A stretch of DNA of 42,579 nt from Verrucomicrobiota bacterium (GTDB lineage: Bacteria > Verrucomicrobiota > Verrucomicrobiia > Limisphaerales > JADLHS01): NCBI GenBank assembly GCA_031423875.1, contig JANPGI010000034.1:1-42579 (forward strand), in the 5' to 3' direction. Numbering within the stretch: the first letter of the stretch is position 1; every line of letters begins with the position of its first letter. The notes beneath the pieces were generated by a model that did no database searches, had not been told where the DNA came from, and was given only the letters and a program-made list of their open reading frames with translations. The position numbers and the translations under genes are program-made. Positions 1 to 9,137 of the stretch are shown here, piece by piece.

Positions 1-576
1 AAGGCGCTCGCGGAGTTTGGCCTGCCCACTCAGAAGAAATGGTGGCTGTGCAAAGACATCGCCGAAGTGCTGAAAGTTTATCGCAAAGAAATCGTCGCCG
101 ATTACGACGAAGACCGCGACCTTCGACGGCAGTTGCCCTACGAGATTGATGGATTGGTGCTGAAGGTGAATCGCTTCGATGATTGCGCGAAGATTCCGGG
201 CAAGACCCGCGCGCCCGGCTACGCCATCGTCCACAAACCCATCCCGTGGATTACGCCCGCCGAGACAATTTTGCGCGCCATCACGATTCAAGTCGGTCGC
301 ACCGGCGTGCTGACGCCCGTGGCGGAACTTGAACCCGTGTTCGTGCAAGGCTCGACGATCTCCCGCGCCACGTTGCACAACGAGGACGAAATCCGCCGCA
401 AGGACATCCGCATCGGCGACACCGTGGTCATCCGCAAAGCCGGCATGGTGATTCCTGAAGTGCTGGAAGTGTTGAAATCCAAACGTCCAGCCGGTGCGAA
501 GGAATTTGATCTGTTCCAGTTCGTCGGTGGCAAATGCCCCGCGTGCGGTGGTCCGATTGCGAAAGAGAAGCTGCAA

Positions 577-1647
<1,071 letters not shown>

Positions 1648-1651
1648 GCTT

Positions 1652-2386
1652 ATGATGAATTCAAAATGGTTCAAAACACTTGTCGTCGCGATTGTCCTTG
1701 CGATAGGGGTATTTTGGACGAGACAGCGGCAAGAGAACGCTCTCTTGCGCCGGGACAATGAGTCGTTGACGCGCCAGTTGAAGCGCATCGAGCATCTAGA
1801 AATCGAAAACGGAAGCCGATCAAATCAGGTGGCTGACGCAGATGCCACGATCTCCAAACAGCAATTGCTCGACTTGCTTCGGCTTCGCAACGAAGTGGGA
1901 ATGTTCCGGCGGCAAACCAACGAACTGCGACAGATGCAGGAGCATTTAGAGCATCTCAAATCTGCCGCGATAGCTACCGCTGCCACTGGTTCGTTAAACA
2001 CCAATGCGCCAACGGCACCACTGGCAGTGTACCCAAAAACAAGTTGGGGAAACGTCGGATACTCTACGCCTGAAAACGCTTTTCAAACGCTAAACTGGGC
2101 GGCATTGAGCGGTGATTTTGCAACGATTCGAGCCGCGATGACTAGCGAGATGCAGAGGGATTTTGACAAACAGGTTAAAGATAATGAAGTCGGACTCGCT
2201 GAGGAGATTAAAGAGACGTTCATCAACAAGTCTGAGGTGCGCATTTTGTCGAAGAACGAAGTGACCGACAAATTAGTCGTCTTGGAAGTGGATGACAAAG
2301 CATCGGCATCGGGCAAACAGGGCAGTTCCGACAAACTGGTGTTTCAATTGATTGATGGCGCGTGGAAACTTGCAGCGGACCATTGA
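1652..2386 (+). CDS. Hypothetical membrane-anchored protein: N-terminal TM helix, a coiled-coil segment, and a small C-terminal globular domain.
   Basis: ATG ATG at 1652 lies 5 nt after the ligA stop. The N terminus MMNSKWFKTLVVAIVLAIGVFW is hydrophobic. A heptad-like Q/L/R-rich stretch follows. I recognise no family. The track start at 1607 overlaps the end of ligA. Confidence 0.55.
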   Translation: MMNSKWFKTLVVAIVLAIGVFWTRQRQENALLRRDNESLTRQLKRIEHLEIENGSRSNQVADADATISKQQLLDLLRLRNEVGMFRRQTNELRQMQEHLEHLKSAAIATAATGSLNTNAPTAPLAVYPKTSWGNVGYSTPENAFQTLNWAALSGDFATIRAAMTSEMQRDFDKQVKDNEVGLAEEIKETFINKSEVRILSKNEVTDKLVVLEVDDKASASGKQGSSDKLVFQLIDGAWKLAADH

Positions 2387-2392
2387 AGCCAC

Positions 2393-3067
2393 ATGATCAA
2401 AGCTCTCAGCACAATTTTCGCTAAGCTTGTTGCTTCGCATGTGGAACTGCACTCCTCGGAGACATGCCCGGATTGTGGCTCGCAACTGGCGCGTGATGCC
2501 GACGGGTGGGGCGAGCGTCCTCACGAGCCGTTGGGCGCAGAAGACGGCTCGCCGGGAGTCTCGCCCCACCAGCCGAGCGTCTGGCATTGTCCGAATCCGG
2601 ATTGTCCGCCGCAGGTCTTGAAACGCGTCGCGCTCTGGGCTTCACCGGAGGCGATGGACATCCAAGGCTGCGATGCGGCGTTGGTGGCGCAATTGGTGAA
2701 TCGCGGATTGGTGCGCGATGCGGCGGAGTTTTATCGGTTGAAGTTTACGGAGATCGCGTCGTTGTCTGGAATGGACGAAGCCAAAACGCGGGCTTTGTGG
2801 GATGCGATTACGGCGAGCAAACGGCGCGAGGCGTGGCGGGTGTTGATTGGGTTGGGGATTCCCAACATCGGTGCTATGGAGGCGCAAGCGTTGTGCAAAC
2901 ATTTCGCGTCATTGGAGGATTTGTTTGCGATGGGGCGTGAGCGGTTGTTGAAGCTGGAGGGCGTCACGGAACTCATGGCGCGTAGCGTGATGCATTGGAT
3001 CGGCGACCCGGTGAATCGGAAGTTAGTGCGGCGGTTGGCGAAGGCGGGGGTGAATTTCAAATGTTGA
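2393..3067 (+). CDS. Stand-alone LigA-like Zn-finger plus HhH domain protein. It has no adenylation, OB or BRCT domain.
   Basis: CPDCGS ... WHCPNPDCPPQ matches the LigA C4 Zn finger. It is followed by VALWASPEAMDIQGCD (compare HFaSRxAMdIxGLG) and HhH-like LIGLGIPNIGAMEAQAL and LEGVTELMARSVMHW. The ORF is 224 aa, with an in-frame stop just upstream. Confidence 0.75.
   Translation: MIKALSTIFAKLVASHVELHSSETCPDCGSQLARDADGWGERPHEPLGAEDGSPGVSPHQPSVWHCPNPDCPPQVLKRVALWASPEAMDIQGCDAALVAQLVNRGLVRDAAEFYRLKFTEIASLSGMDEAKTRALWDAITASKRREAWRVLIGLGIPNIGAMEAQALCKHFASLEDLFAMGRERLLKLEGVTELMARSVMHWIGDPVNRKLVRRLAKAGVNFKC
2498..2580 (+). repeat. Nested imperfect palindrome lying in frame inside the Zn-finger loop of the LigA paralog.
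   Basis: GGTGGGGCGAG (2505-2515) is the exact reverse complement of CTCGCCCCACC (2560-2570). An inner pair, CGAGCCGT (2524-2531) and ACGGCTCG (2544-2551), is also exact. The segment encodes DGWGERPHEPLGAEDGSPGVSPHQPS, which has no counterpart in typical LigA. Confidence 0.6.
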
Positions 3068-3180
3068 GGAGCGCGAGCTGTCCCCGCTCGCAGCGCGTGA
3101 ATGGGGAAAGCAGCGTGCGAATCAAACGATGCCTTCTGGTCTGGCGACGCGCTGCGGACGGGGACCGTCCGCGCTCCGTC
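3066..3180. repeat. REP-like composite palindrome between convergent genes. It consists of two inverted units of about 32 nt, each with its own small hairpin.
   Basis: The left unit is gaggagcgcgagctgtccccgctcgcagcgcg (3066-3097). The right unit (3148-3180) reverse-complements to gacggagcgcggacggtccccgtccgcagcgcg. Internal hairpins are GCGAGC..GCTCGC and GCGGACGG..CCGTCCGC. Confidence 0.6.
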
Positions 3181-3187
3181 TGACAAT

Positions 3188-4459
3188 TCAGCTCCTCTGC
3201 GTCACCAGCACGATTCCCTGTCCCGGTCGCAGCGAGTAGTGGAATGGTTCGGGTAGAAACTCCATCGGGAATTCCGGCGACACGTCTTTGAGCGGCGCGA
3301 CGGCTTGGACGAAGTGGCGGAAGTGGTCGGTGGAAAATTCCTGATGTCCATTCACGTCCTTATTGAGGATGAGCAATGCTTCGCCCTTGTCTTTGGTGGA
3401 AGCTTTCCAGAGCAGCAGGATGTTCGGGTTGTGGTAGGGCAGCACGTTGACGAGGCTTTCCTCGCGGAACACGGAGAAGCGGCGTTTGATGTCGTTGACC
3501 TTGGCGATGAATGGGCGCAAGTCCACGCCGTTGACGTGCCAGTCGTCGGGTTTGGTCTGCACGACGTGTAATTGTTTTCGCGCGCCGAACTCGAATCCCA
3601 TCGGCATCATCACCCCTGCGGAGAACAGCGCGGAGAACAGGTAGCGTTGCTTCACGCCTTCGATGTTGCCGTTCAATTCTTCCGCGAGGCGCGGCGTGTC
3701 GTGGCTTTCGGCAAAGCTGATGGAGGGCGCGGTTTCGCGGATGAGATTGTATTGCTCGATCAACCACGAGCCTTGCATGTCCCACCACTTAGAGCTGTTG
3801 AACACGTAATCGAATCCCGCTCGTGCGGTCTCGCGGGTTTCATCGGCAGAACAACCGAGCGTCTCGGCAGTGAAGCAGGCGTGCGGATGTTTTGCCTTGG
3901 TTTCGCGGATGAGGCGTTGCCAGAAGTTCGTGGATATCTGATACGCGGCGTCGCAGCGGAAACCATCAAAGCCGAGTGCGATGAGATGTTCGACGATGCG
4001 AAGACTGTGGCGGAACAAACCTTCCGGGTCGCGCGTGTGACGATGATCGAACTGCGCGAGATCGCTCCAGACGATGCGTTCCGCGCCGTGCTGACAGGAA
4101 GCATTGGCGATACGGCCATTGGATTCGCGCACGAACCAATCGGGATGTTCGCGAGTGAGTGACGAGTCGTAAGCGCTGTGATTGATGACGAGATCAATCA
4201 TCAGTTTCAATCCGCTCGCATGAGCCTGAGCGATCATCGCGCGGCATTGTTCGTCTGGCGTTGCGGAGCTGCCGGGTTCAAGCAGGGCAGGGTTGAGTTG
4301 GAAATAATCTGCGATGGAATAAAGACTACCTGACTGCCCTGTGCGCTGGATGGGGTTCACATAGACCCAATCGAAGCCCATCTCTTTGGCGCGTTGAAGG
4401 TGCGATTGCCAGCGGTTGAACGGGCCGGCGAGCAGCGGAAACAAATTGTAGAGAATCAT
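3188..4459 (-). CDS. Alpha-amylase family (GH13) enzyme. It looks like a GlgE-type catalytic core without N-terminal domains.
   Basis: GH13 regions seen: LMIDLVINHS (region I), GFDGFRCDAAYQI (region II, catalytic Asp), FTAETLG (region III Glu), SFAESHDTPR (region IV). The start MILYNLFPLLAGPF and the stretch GFDWVYVNPIQ resemble maltosyltransferase-type members. Confidence 0.75.
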   Translation of the reverse strand: MILYNLFPLLAGPFNRWQSHLQRAKEMGFDWVYVNPIQRTGQSGSLYSIADYFQLNPALLEPGSSATPDEQCRAMIAQAHASGLKLMIDLVINHSAYDSSLTREHPDWFVRESNGRIANASCQHGAERIVWSDLAQFDHRHTRDPEGLFRHSLRIVEHLIALGFDGFRCDAAYQISTNFWQRLIRETKAKHPHACFTAETLGCSADETRETARAGFDYVFNSSKWWDMQGSWLIEQYNLIRETAPSISFAESHDTPRLAEELNGNIEGVKQRYLFSALFSAGVMMPMGFEFGARKQLHVVQTKPDDWHVNGVDLRPFIAKVNDIKRRFSVFREESLVNVLPYHNPNILLLWKASTKDKGEALLILNKDVNGHQEFSTDHFRHFVQAVAPLKDVSPEFPMEFLPEPFHYSLRPGQGIVLVTQRS

Positions 4460-4571
4460 GTTAAAAATCCTGCCACCGGGAATGTTGCGGAGTCGCGTGG
4501 TCTGGGAAAGTTAATTTTCACGCGCCGATGATTTTCATCACCACCGCTGCTCATGGTTTTCAGGTGGGCTA

Positions 4572-5642
4572 TTAAAACCAAACTCTTTGGATGAACCAGT
4601 AGCTGCCCGCCAACGCCACGGCGATGGAGCACGCGGGCACCCAGCGTTGGACGAAGATGGGTTTGGTGCGCAGTTTCCAGATCAACGGCAGGACGATGGC
4701 GGCCACGGTGATTTGTCCGAGTTCCACGCCGAGGTTGAATGACAACAGCGGCATGGCCACGCCGCTGCCGTTTGATCCGACACCCAAATCCCGCAGCACG
4801 GACGCGAAGCCAAAGCCGTGGATGAGTCCGAACGCGAACGTCAGCATCCAACGACCTTTGGGATCGCCGTGGCGCAACAGGTTTTCCACACCCACATAAA
4901 CGATGGACGCCGCGATGAGTGGCTCGGTGTATTTACCGGGTAGCGTGAACACGTTGAACGTAGCCACAGCCAGCGTGATCGAGTGGGCGAGCGTGAAAGC
5001 AGTGATGACCGCGAACGCTGATTTGAAAGTGCGCGTGACGATCAACAGGGCGAACAGGAACAACAGATGGTCGTAACCCGTGCCGATGTGTTCGACGCCG
5101 AGCTTGAGGAAATCAACGAAGGTGTGCGGCGCAGGTTCGGCAGGAGCAGGCTCACTCGGAGTTCCGATCTCGACCGAAACGGAATCCTTCTTGGCATCCA
5201 ACAGCCGATCCGCCACCGACTCGCCAGCGGGATTGATGAGGGAGAAAAACATCCTGTGTCCCGGCGCGAGTTGCTGGATGACGGCGAACTTCATCTGCAA
5301 TTCGCGGAAGCGCGGCGCGGCATAATGCAAGATGATATCCACGCGATCACCCTCTTCGAGCTGGCAGCGGACGCTATCTGGCTTGGCGAGTGCATCATCG
5401 AAGCGAACTTCACACTTCTCCGCAACGGCGACGGCAAGTTTTTCACATCCGGCGAGAAATTCGTTTGTGGTGACGTGACCATCGCGGTCGGCGTCGAGGG
5501 AAATGATTTGCTCCGTCTCGCGAACGGCAAAGGCGATGACGGTTTGGAGTTCGTTGGTCTGGAGGCGAACGGTGGCGATGCTCAAGCCGACATCATGCGC
5601 GTGGGCCAAGCTGACGGAGCAGATGGTGATTAGGACGAACAA
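4572..5642 (-). CDS. HupE/UreJ-family membrane protein with an N-terminal periplasmic domain containing an EF-hand-like loop.
   Basis: The C-terminal half matches HupE_UreJ_2 signatures: GTGYDHLLFLFALL, AFTLAHSITLA, FGLIHGFGFA, FNLGVELGQ. The N-terminal domain has DADRDGHVTTNEF. The track ORF extends to a TTG at 5801, but that extension runs through a REP hairpin (5697-5771). The start is uncertain. TTG at 5642 precedes the signal-like LFVLITICSVSLAHA. Confidence 0.8.
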   Translation of the reverse strand: MFVLITICSVSLAHAHDVGLSIATVRLQTNELQTVIAFAVRETEQIISLDADRDGHVTTNEFLAGCEKLAVAVAEKCEVRFDDALAKPDSVRCQLEEGDRVDIILHYAAPRFRELQMKFAVIQQLAPGHRMFFSLINPAGESVADRLLDAKKDSVSVEIGTPSEPAPAEPAPHTFVDFLKLGVEHIGTGYDHLLFLFALLIVTRTFKSAFAVITAFTLAHSITLAVATFNVFTLPGKYTEPLIAASIVYVGVENLLRHGDPKGRWMLTFAFGLIHGFGFASVLRDLGVGSNGSGVAMPLLSFNLGVELGQITVAAIVLPLIWKLRTKPIFVQRWVPACSIAVALAGSYWFIQRVWF

Positions 5643-5696
5643 CCAACGAGTCAGGCGGAGTGAGATTCGCGATTGATTCCCGCAATGAAATGGGTT

Positions 5697-5771
5697 GGTA
5701 GGGCGCGTTACTCCGTGCGCGCCGGTTTTCGCCAGCCAGAAGTCGGCGCGCACGGAGTGACGTGTCCTACC
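5697..5771. repeat. REP-like long hairpin with a 28-nt imperfect stem and a 19-nt loop.
   Basis: The left arm is ggtagggcgcgttactccgtgcgcgccg (5697-5724). The right arm (5744-5771) reverse-complements to ggtaggacacgtcactccgtgcgcgccg, which differs at only a few positions. Confidence 0.7.
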
Positions 5772-5833
5772 TGTTCCCGGAACTGCGCTAGTTGGTTTCA
5801 AGCGAATCGAATCGTAGAAAGTTTTTAATGGCG

Positions 5834-5879
5834 AAGAAAAGAAAAACGGCGGTCAACGATTTCGCTGGCCGCCGTTTTT
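5834..5879 (-). terminator. Rho-independent terminator downstream of the DUF4331 gene.
   Basis: AAAAACGGCGG (5843-5853) pairs with CCGCCGTTTTT (5869-5879). On the minus strand the hairpin is followed by TTTTTCTTTTCTT. Confidence 0.7.
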
Positions 5880-5891
5880 GTAATTCAGCGT

Positions 5892-7364
5892 TTAGGGATG
5901 CGTGTGGTTGCGACCATTATGCGGGGTGCTGGCGTAGGGGAACACCTTGTTGTAACCCGCGTCATTGGCGCTGACGCCATCAATGCCGTCGGCCACGTTG
6001 ATGACCAGCGGTCCGCGCAGGTCGCTGATGAGGGCGGTCACGGCGATGTCAATCACGTCGTCGCCGAACCGGCGGCCATTGGGCCAGCCACCGGGAATAG
6101 ACCCGCCGTTGCCGAAGGGATCTTGGATGGCGCTCTGCAACACATCACCGCCGAAGATGCTCAGGCGTGAGAAGCCGGCGTCGTCTGGATTCACGGCGTG
6201 TCCCGGGCCGCTGCCAGCGACACGAACTGGGCCGGTGGAGAGGTCAACTTTGATCAAGTCGGGGATGAAGATGCCCGCGATGTCGGTGCGATTGGAAGTG
6301 ATGGCCGGGCCGCTGCCGCCGAACACTAGCGCGTTGATCAAACCGGCGAGTTCGGGATTGAGCGCGTATTTCTTGAAGAGCGTGGCATCCTTTGCAGGTG
6401 AGGTGCGGTTGTAACGATCCTTGTCTGCGATGGCGACGAGCGCTTCGCAGAAGAGAGGATTGCCCTGACGACCGACCTGCACCCACTCACCGAAGTTGGC
6501 ATCGCTGTTGTCACGGATCACCCGCACCTGACGGCGGCTGGTGGTGGCATAAACACCGACGACCTGTTGATCACCGCCGAGTTCGCTCACCGGGATGACG
6601 AGGCTCAGCAAGTGCATGTTGAAGCCGCCTTGGGAATCCTTACCGGGGCTGCGCAGTTGCAGCAGATCGAAGATGGATTGGATGTCTCCGTAGAAACCGT
6701 CTTCGCGTTGACCGGCGAAGGCGCGATAGCCGTTGGTGTAAACAAACGTGCCCTGTTGCGTGTAGCGGTCAAACTCCGCGAACGTCGCGCGTCCGTCCTT
6801 GGCAGGGTTTTCGCCGTTGTCGCCCTGATTGTAGAACGGCGTGGCGATGCCTTGGTTGTTGGGAGGAACGATGCCGGTGCCAACAATCGTGCGGCGGCGA
6901 AGTTCATCGCATTGGATTGAGCGATCCACCTTGGTGATGGTGTAGGTTTGAACCAGATTCTGCGCGGAGTCGCCGATGTTGGTGATCACGCCCAGATAGG
7001 ACTGAAGAATGGTGGCCTTGGTCTTGTATTCCGTCTTGAACTGGAACTGATAACTGTAGGTCGGCTTGCCGGCGGCAAGATCGGCACCCGTGGCCAGATG
7101 GATTTCGTAAAGGACGTTGTCGTCGAAGTTGTATTTGTTCGGCCCGATGCCTGGCTCTTCATGCGGATAAACGCCGAGGGCGGTGACGAGCACCTTCTGG
7201 CCGGCGGCCATGCGCACGAACGCATAAACGTCCGTGGTGTTTGCCGACGGATCGAGCGTGATCAACGGCGCATCCATGTGACTTGAGGCGAAGGCTGATC
7301 CGCCGAGGCAGGCAGCCGCGAGGATTGCCGCGCAACAGCGCGAGAGGGGAGTATTTCGTTTCAT
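5892..7364 (-). CDS. DUF4331 domain-containing secreted protein.
   Basis: A signal peptide is followed by SSHMDAPLITLDPSANTTDVYAF, the hallmark N-terminal motif of DUF4331. The length (490 aa) is typical. Confidence 0.85.
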   Translation of the reverse strand: MKRNTPLSRCCAAILAAACLGGSAFASSHMDAPLITLDPSANTTDVYAFVRMAAGQKVLVTALGVYPHEEPGIGPNKYNFDDNVLYEIHLATGADLAAGKPTYSYQFQFKTEYKTKATILQSYLGVITNIGDSAQNLVQTYTITKVDRSIQCDELRRRTIVGTGIVPPNNQGIATPFYNQGDNGENPAKDGRATFAEFDRYTQQGTFVYTNGYRAFAGQREDGFYGDIQSIFDLLQLRSPGKDSQGGFNMHLLSLVIPVSELGGDQQVVGVYATTSRRQVRVIRDNSDANFGEWVQVGRQGNPLFCEALVAIADKDRYNRTSPAKDATLFKKYALNPELAGLINALVFGGSGPAITSNRTDIAGIFIPDLIKVDLSTGPVRVAGSGPGHAVNPDDAGFSRLSIFGGDVLQSAIQDPFGNGGSIPGGWPNGRRFGDDVIDIAVTALISDLRGPLVINVADGIDGVSANDAGYNKVFPYASTPHNGRNHTHP

Positions 7365-7407
7365 ATCTGTTGTTCTTTCTGGTTTAGTTTTTTAGTTTTC
7401 GCTTCCG

Positions 7408-8811
7408 TCAATAACCGGAAGCGGAAAGGGGTAACGCTGAAGAGTCATCAGCATCTGGCGTCATGGCGGCAAAACTGTCCGGCAGCTTGAGCAACAAGGC
7501 CCGTTCCGACGGCAGCAGCAGATCATTCATCGCGATGGCGCGGGCGAACCAATGCTCCGACTGCTCGGTGTGACCGGCGCGCGATTCAATCACCGCCGCG
7601 TGGAAAAACAGCCGGGCGTCCTTGGTGCCCTCAGCCAGCGCGCGTTCGAGATACGGACGCGCTTCGTCCAAGCGACCCGCCGCCGCCAAAGCCCACGCCA
7701 TTGCGTCGTGGGTGAAGACATCTTCGCGTTGTTTCAATTCCTGTTCGGCAAGGCGTACGGCGAGATCGGGGTTCTCGCCGCGCGTGGCGAGATAGAGCGA
7801 AAGCGTGCGCGGATCGGCGGCTTCACCGCGCGTGGCAATCAAACTTTCTGCAACGGTCGCTTCGGATTCACGACCATCGGCGCGCAAGGCTTCGGCTAAC
7901 GCCCATTGATATTCCGGCAGCGGATTTTGTTGTGCGGCACTTTGCAGATCAGCGATGGCGACATCGAAGTCATCTTCTTGCAGTGCGATTTTACCGCGCA
8001 GCAAAAGGGCGGGAGGATAATTGGGGCGGAGTTCCAACGCGCTTTCACAAGCCTGCTGTGCGGCTTCGGTTTCACCGGAGAGAAGTTGCAAGTTGGCGAG
8101 GCGGCTGTTGACCCACGCGGCGGAATTGGCATCGCGCGGCGAACTGGCGCTGACGGCGGCTTGCATCATTTCGATGGCTCCGGTGAGATCGCCCGTCAGC
8201 CAGCGGACGTGCGCGATGCGCGAGAACGATTGCAGGTCGGGCCGGAGATCAACCATCGTTTGATACGCGGCGACGGCCTCCTTGAGGCGGCCTTGTTCCA
8301 TCAATGAATCGCCGAGTAACGCGAAATCGAAGGGCAGCCCGCGTTTTTCAGTGAGTTCGCGGGCGACGACCTCAGCTTCCTTGAAGCAATGCAGGCTTTC
8401 CAAAACATGCCCGCGCAATAGAAGTCCTTCCGCGCAACCGGGCGTGTCCGTTTCCAAAACAGTCGCGCACGCTTCAGCGAGTTTGTAGAAGCCAGCATCA
8501 AAACTTTCATGCGCCTTGGCCACGTACGCCCAACCGAGTCGTTCGAGTGCGGCCTGACGGTTGATGCCGCGTTGGACTTGCTCCTGGAATTTACGGATTT
8601 CTTTATCCGTCTGCTGCTCGCCTTCGTGCCGCACCAATATCAGTGCGAGCCAATCAATGACAGTCGCCGCTTCGGCGACACTTTCAGACCCCGCTGTCTC
8701 GCTGCGCTGTGTGGATTGAGTTTCGCGTTTGCATCCGGTGCTGACAGCAACGGACAACAACAGCGGGAGCAGCAATCGCGCGTTCGGTAAGTTCAGGAAT
8801 CGTGATTTCAT
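7408..8811 (-). CDS. Tetratricopeptide-repeat lipoprotein.
   Basis: A lipobox-like LLLSVAVSTGC is present. Repeated A/L/Y-rich 34-aa TPR-like units run through the 467-aa protein. The stop lies 44 nt upstream of the DUF4331 start. Confidence 0.75.
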   Translation of the reverse strand: MKSRFLNLPNARLLLPLLLSVAVSTGCKRETQSTQRSETAGSESVAEAATVIDWLALILVRHEGEQQTDKEIRKFQEQVQRGINRQAALERLGWAYVAKAHESFDAGFYKLAEACATVLETDTPGCAEGLLLRGHVLESLHCFKEAEVVARELTEKRGLPFDFALLGDSLMEQGRLKEAVAAYQTMVDLRPDLQSFSRIAHVRWLTGDLTGAIEMMQAAVSASSPRDANSAAWVNSRLANLQLLSGETEAAQQACESALELRPNYPPALLLRGKIALQEDDFDVAIADLQSAAQQNPLPEYQWALAEALRADGRESEATVAESLIATRGEAADPRTLSLYLATRGENPDLAVRLAEQELKQREDVFTHDAMAWALAAAGRLDEARPYLERALAEGTKDARLFFHAAVIESRAGHTEQSEHWFARAIAMNDLLLPSERALLLKLPDSFAAMTPDADDSSALPLSASGY

Positions 8812-9137
8812 CTGTTTTCAATAAGCCTTACGCGCCGCGCGTGGGTTTGGATGCAGGCAAAATTACCGCACTGCGTATTTTCAGGAAGCCGTGCCCGGAG
8901 GCCGGATCGGGAACAAGAGTGCGAATGCGGCTAACCATCTCAGGGGTTGCCAAAAAACATTTCCATCGGCGCGTATCCTGTTTAATCAACGCGATGGATT
9001 TTATGGGGTGTTCACCTCATAGGATTCTTTGCGGGCACAGCTCTGTTTGCCGCCAATCTTTTTCAAAACCGGAACGAATTCGTTGGTGATAAATGGCTTC
9101 ATTTCTCTAACATCAAACTCAATTCGACAGCACGTCT

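Noticed and set aside
8802-9089. ORFs in intergenic regions (8802-9089 and 10505-10753) as candidate small proteins or precursor peptides.
   Set aside because: They have no recognisable motifs, an odd composition and no ribosome-binding context. They overlap likely promoter regions of the flanking genes.
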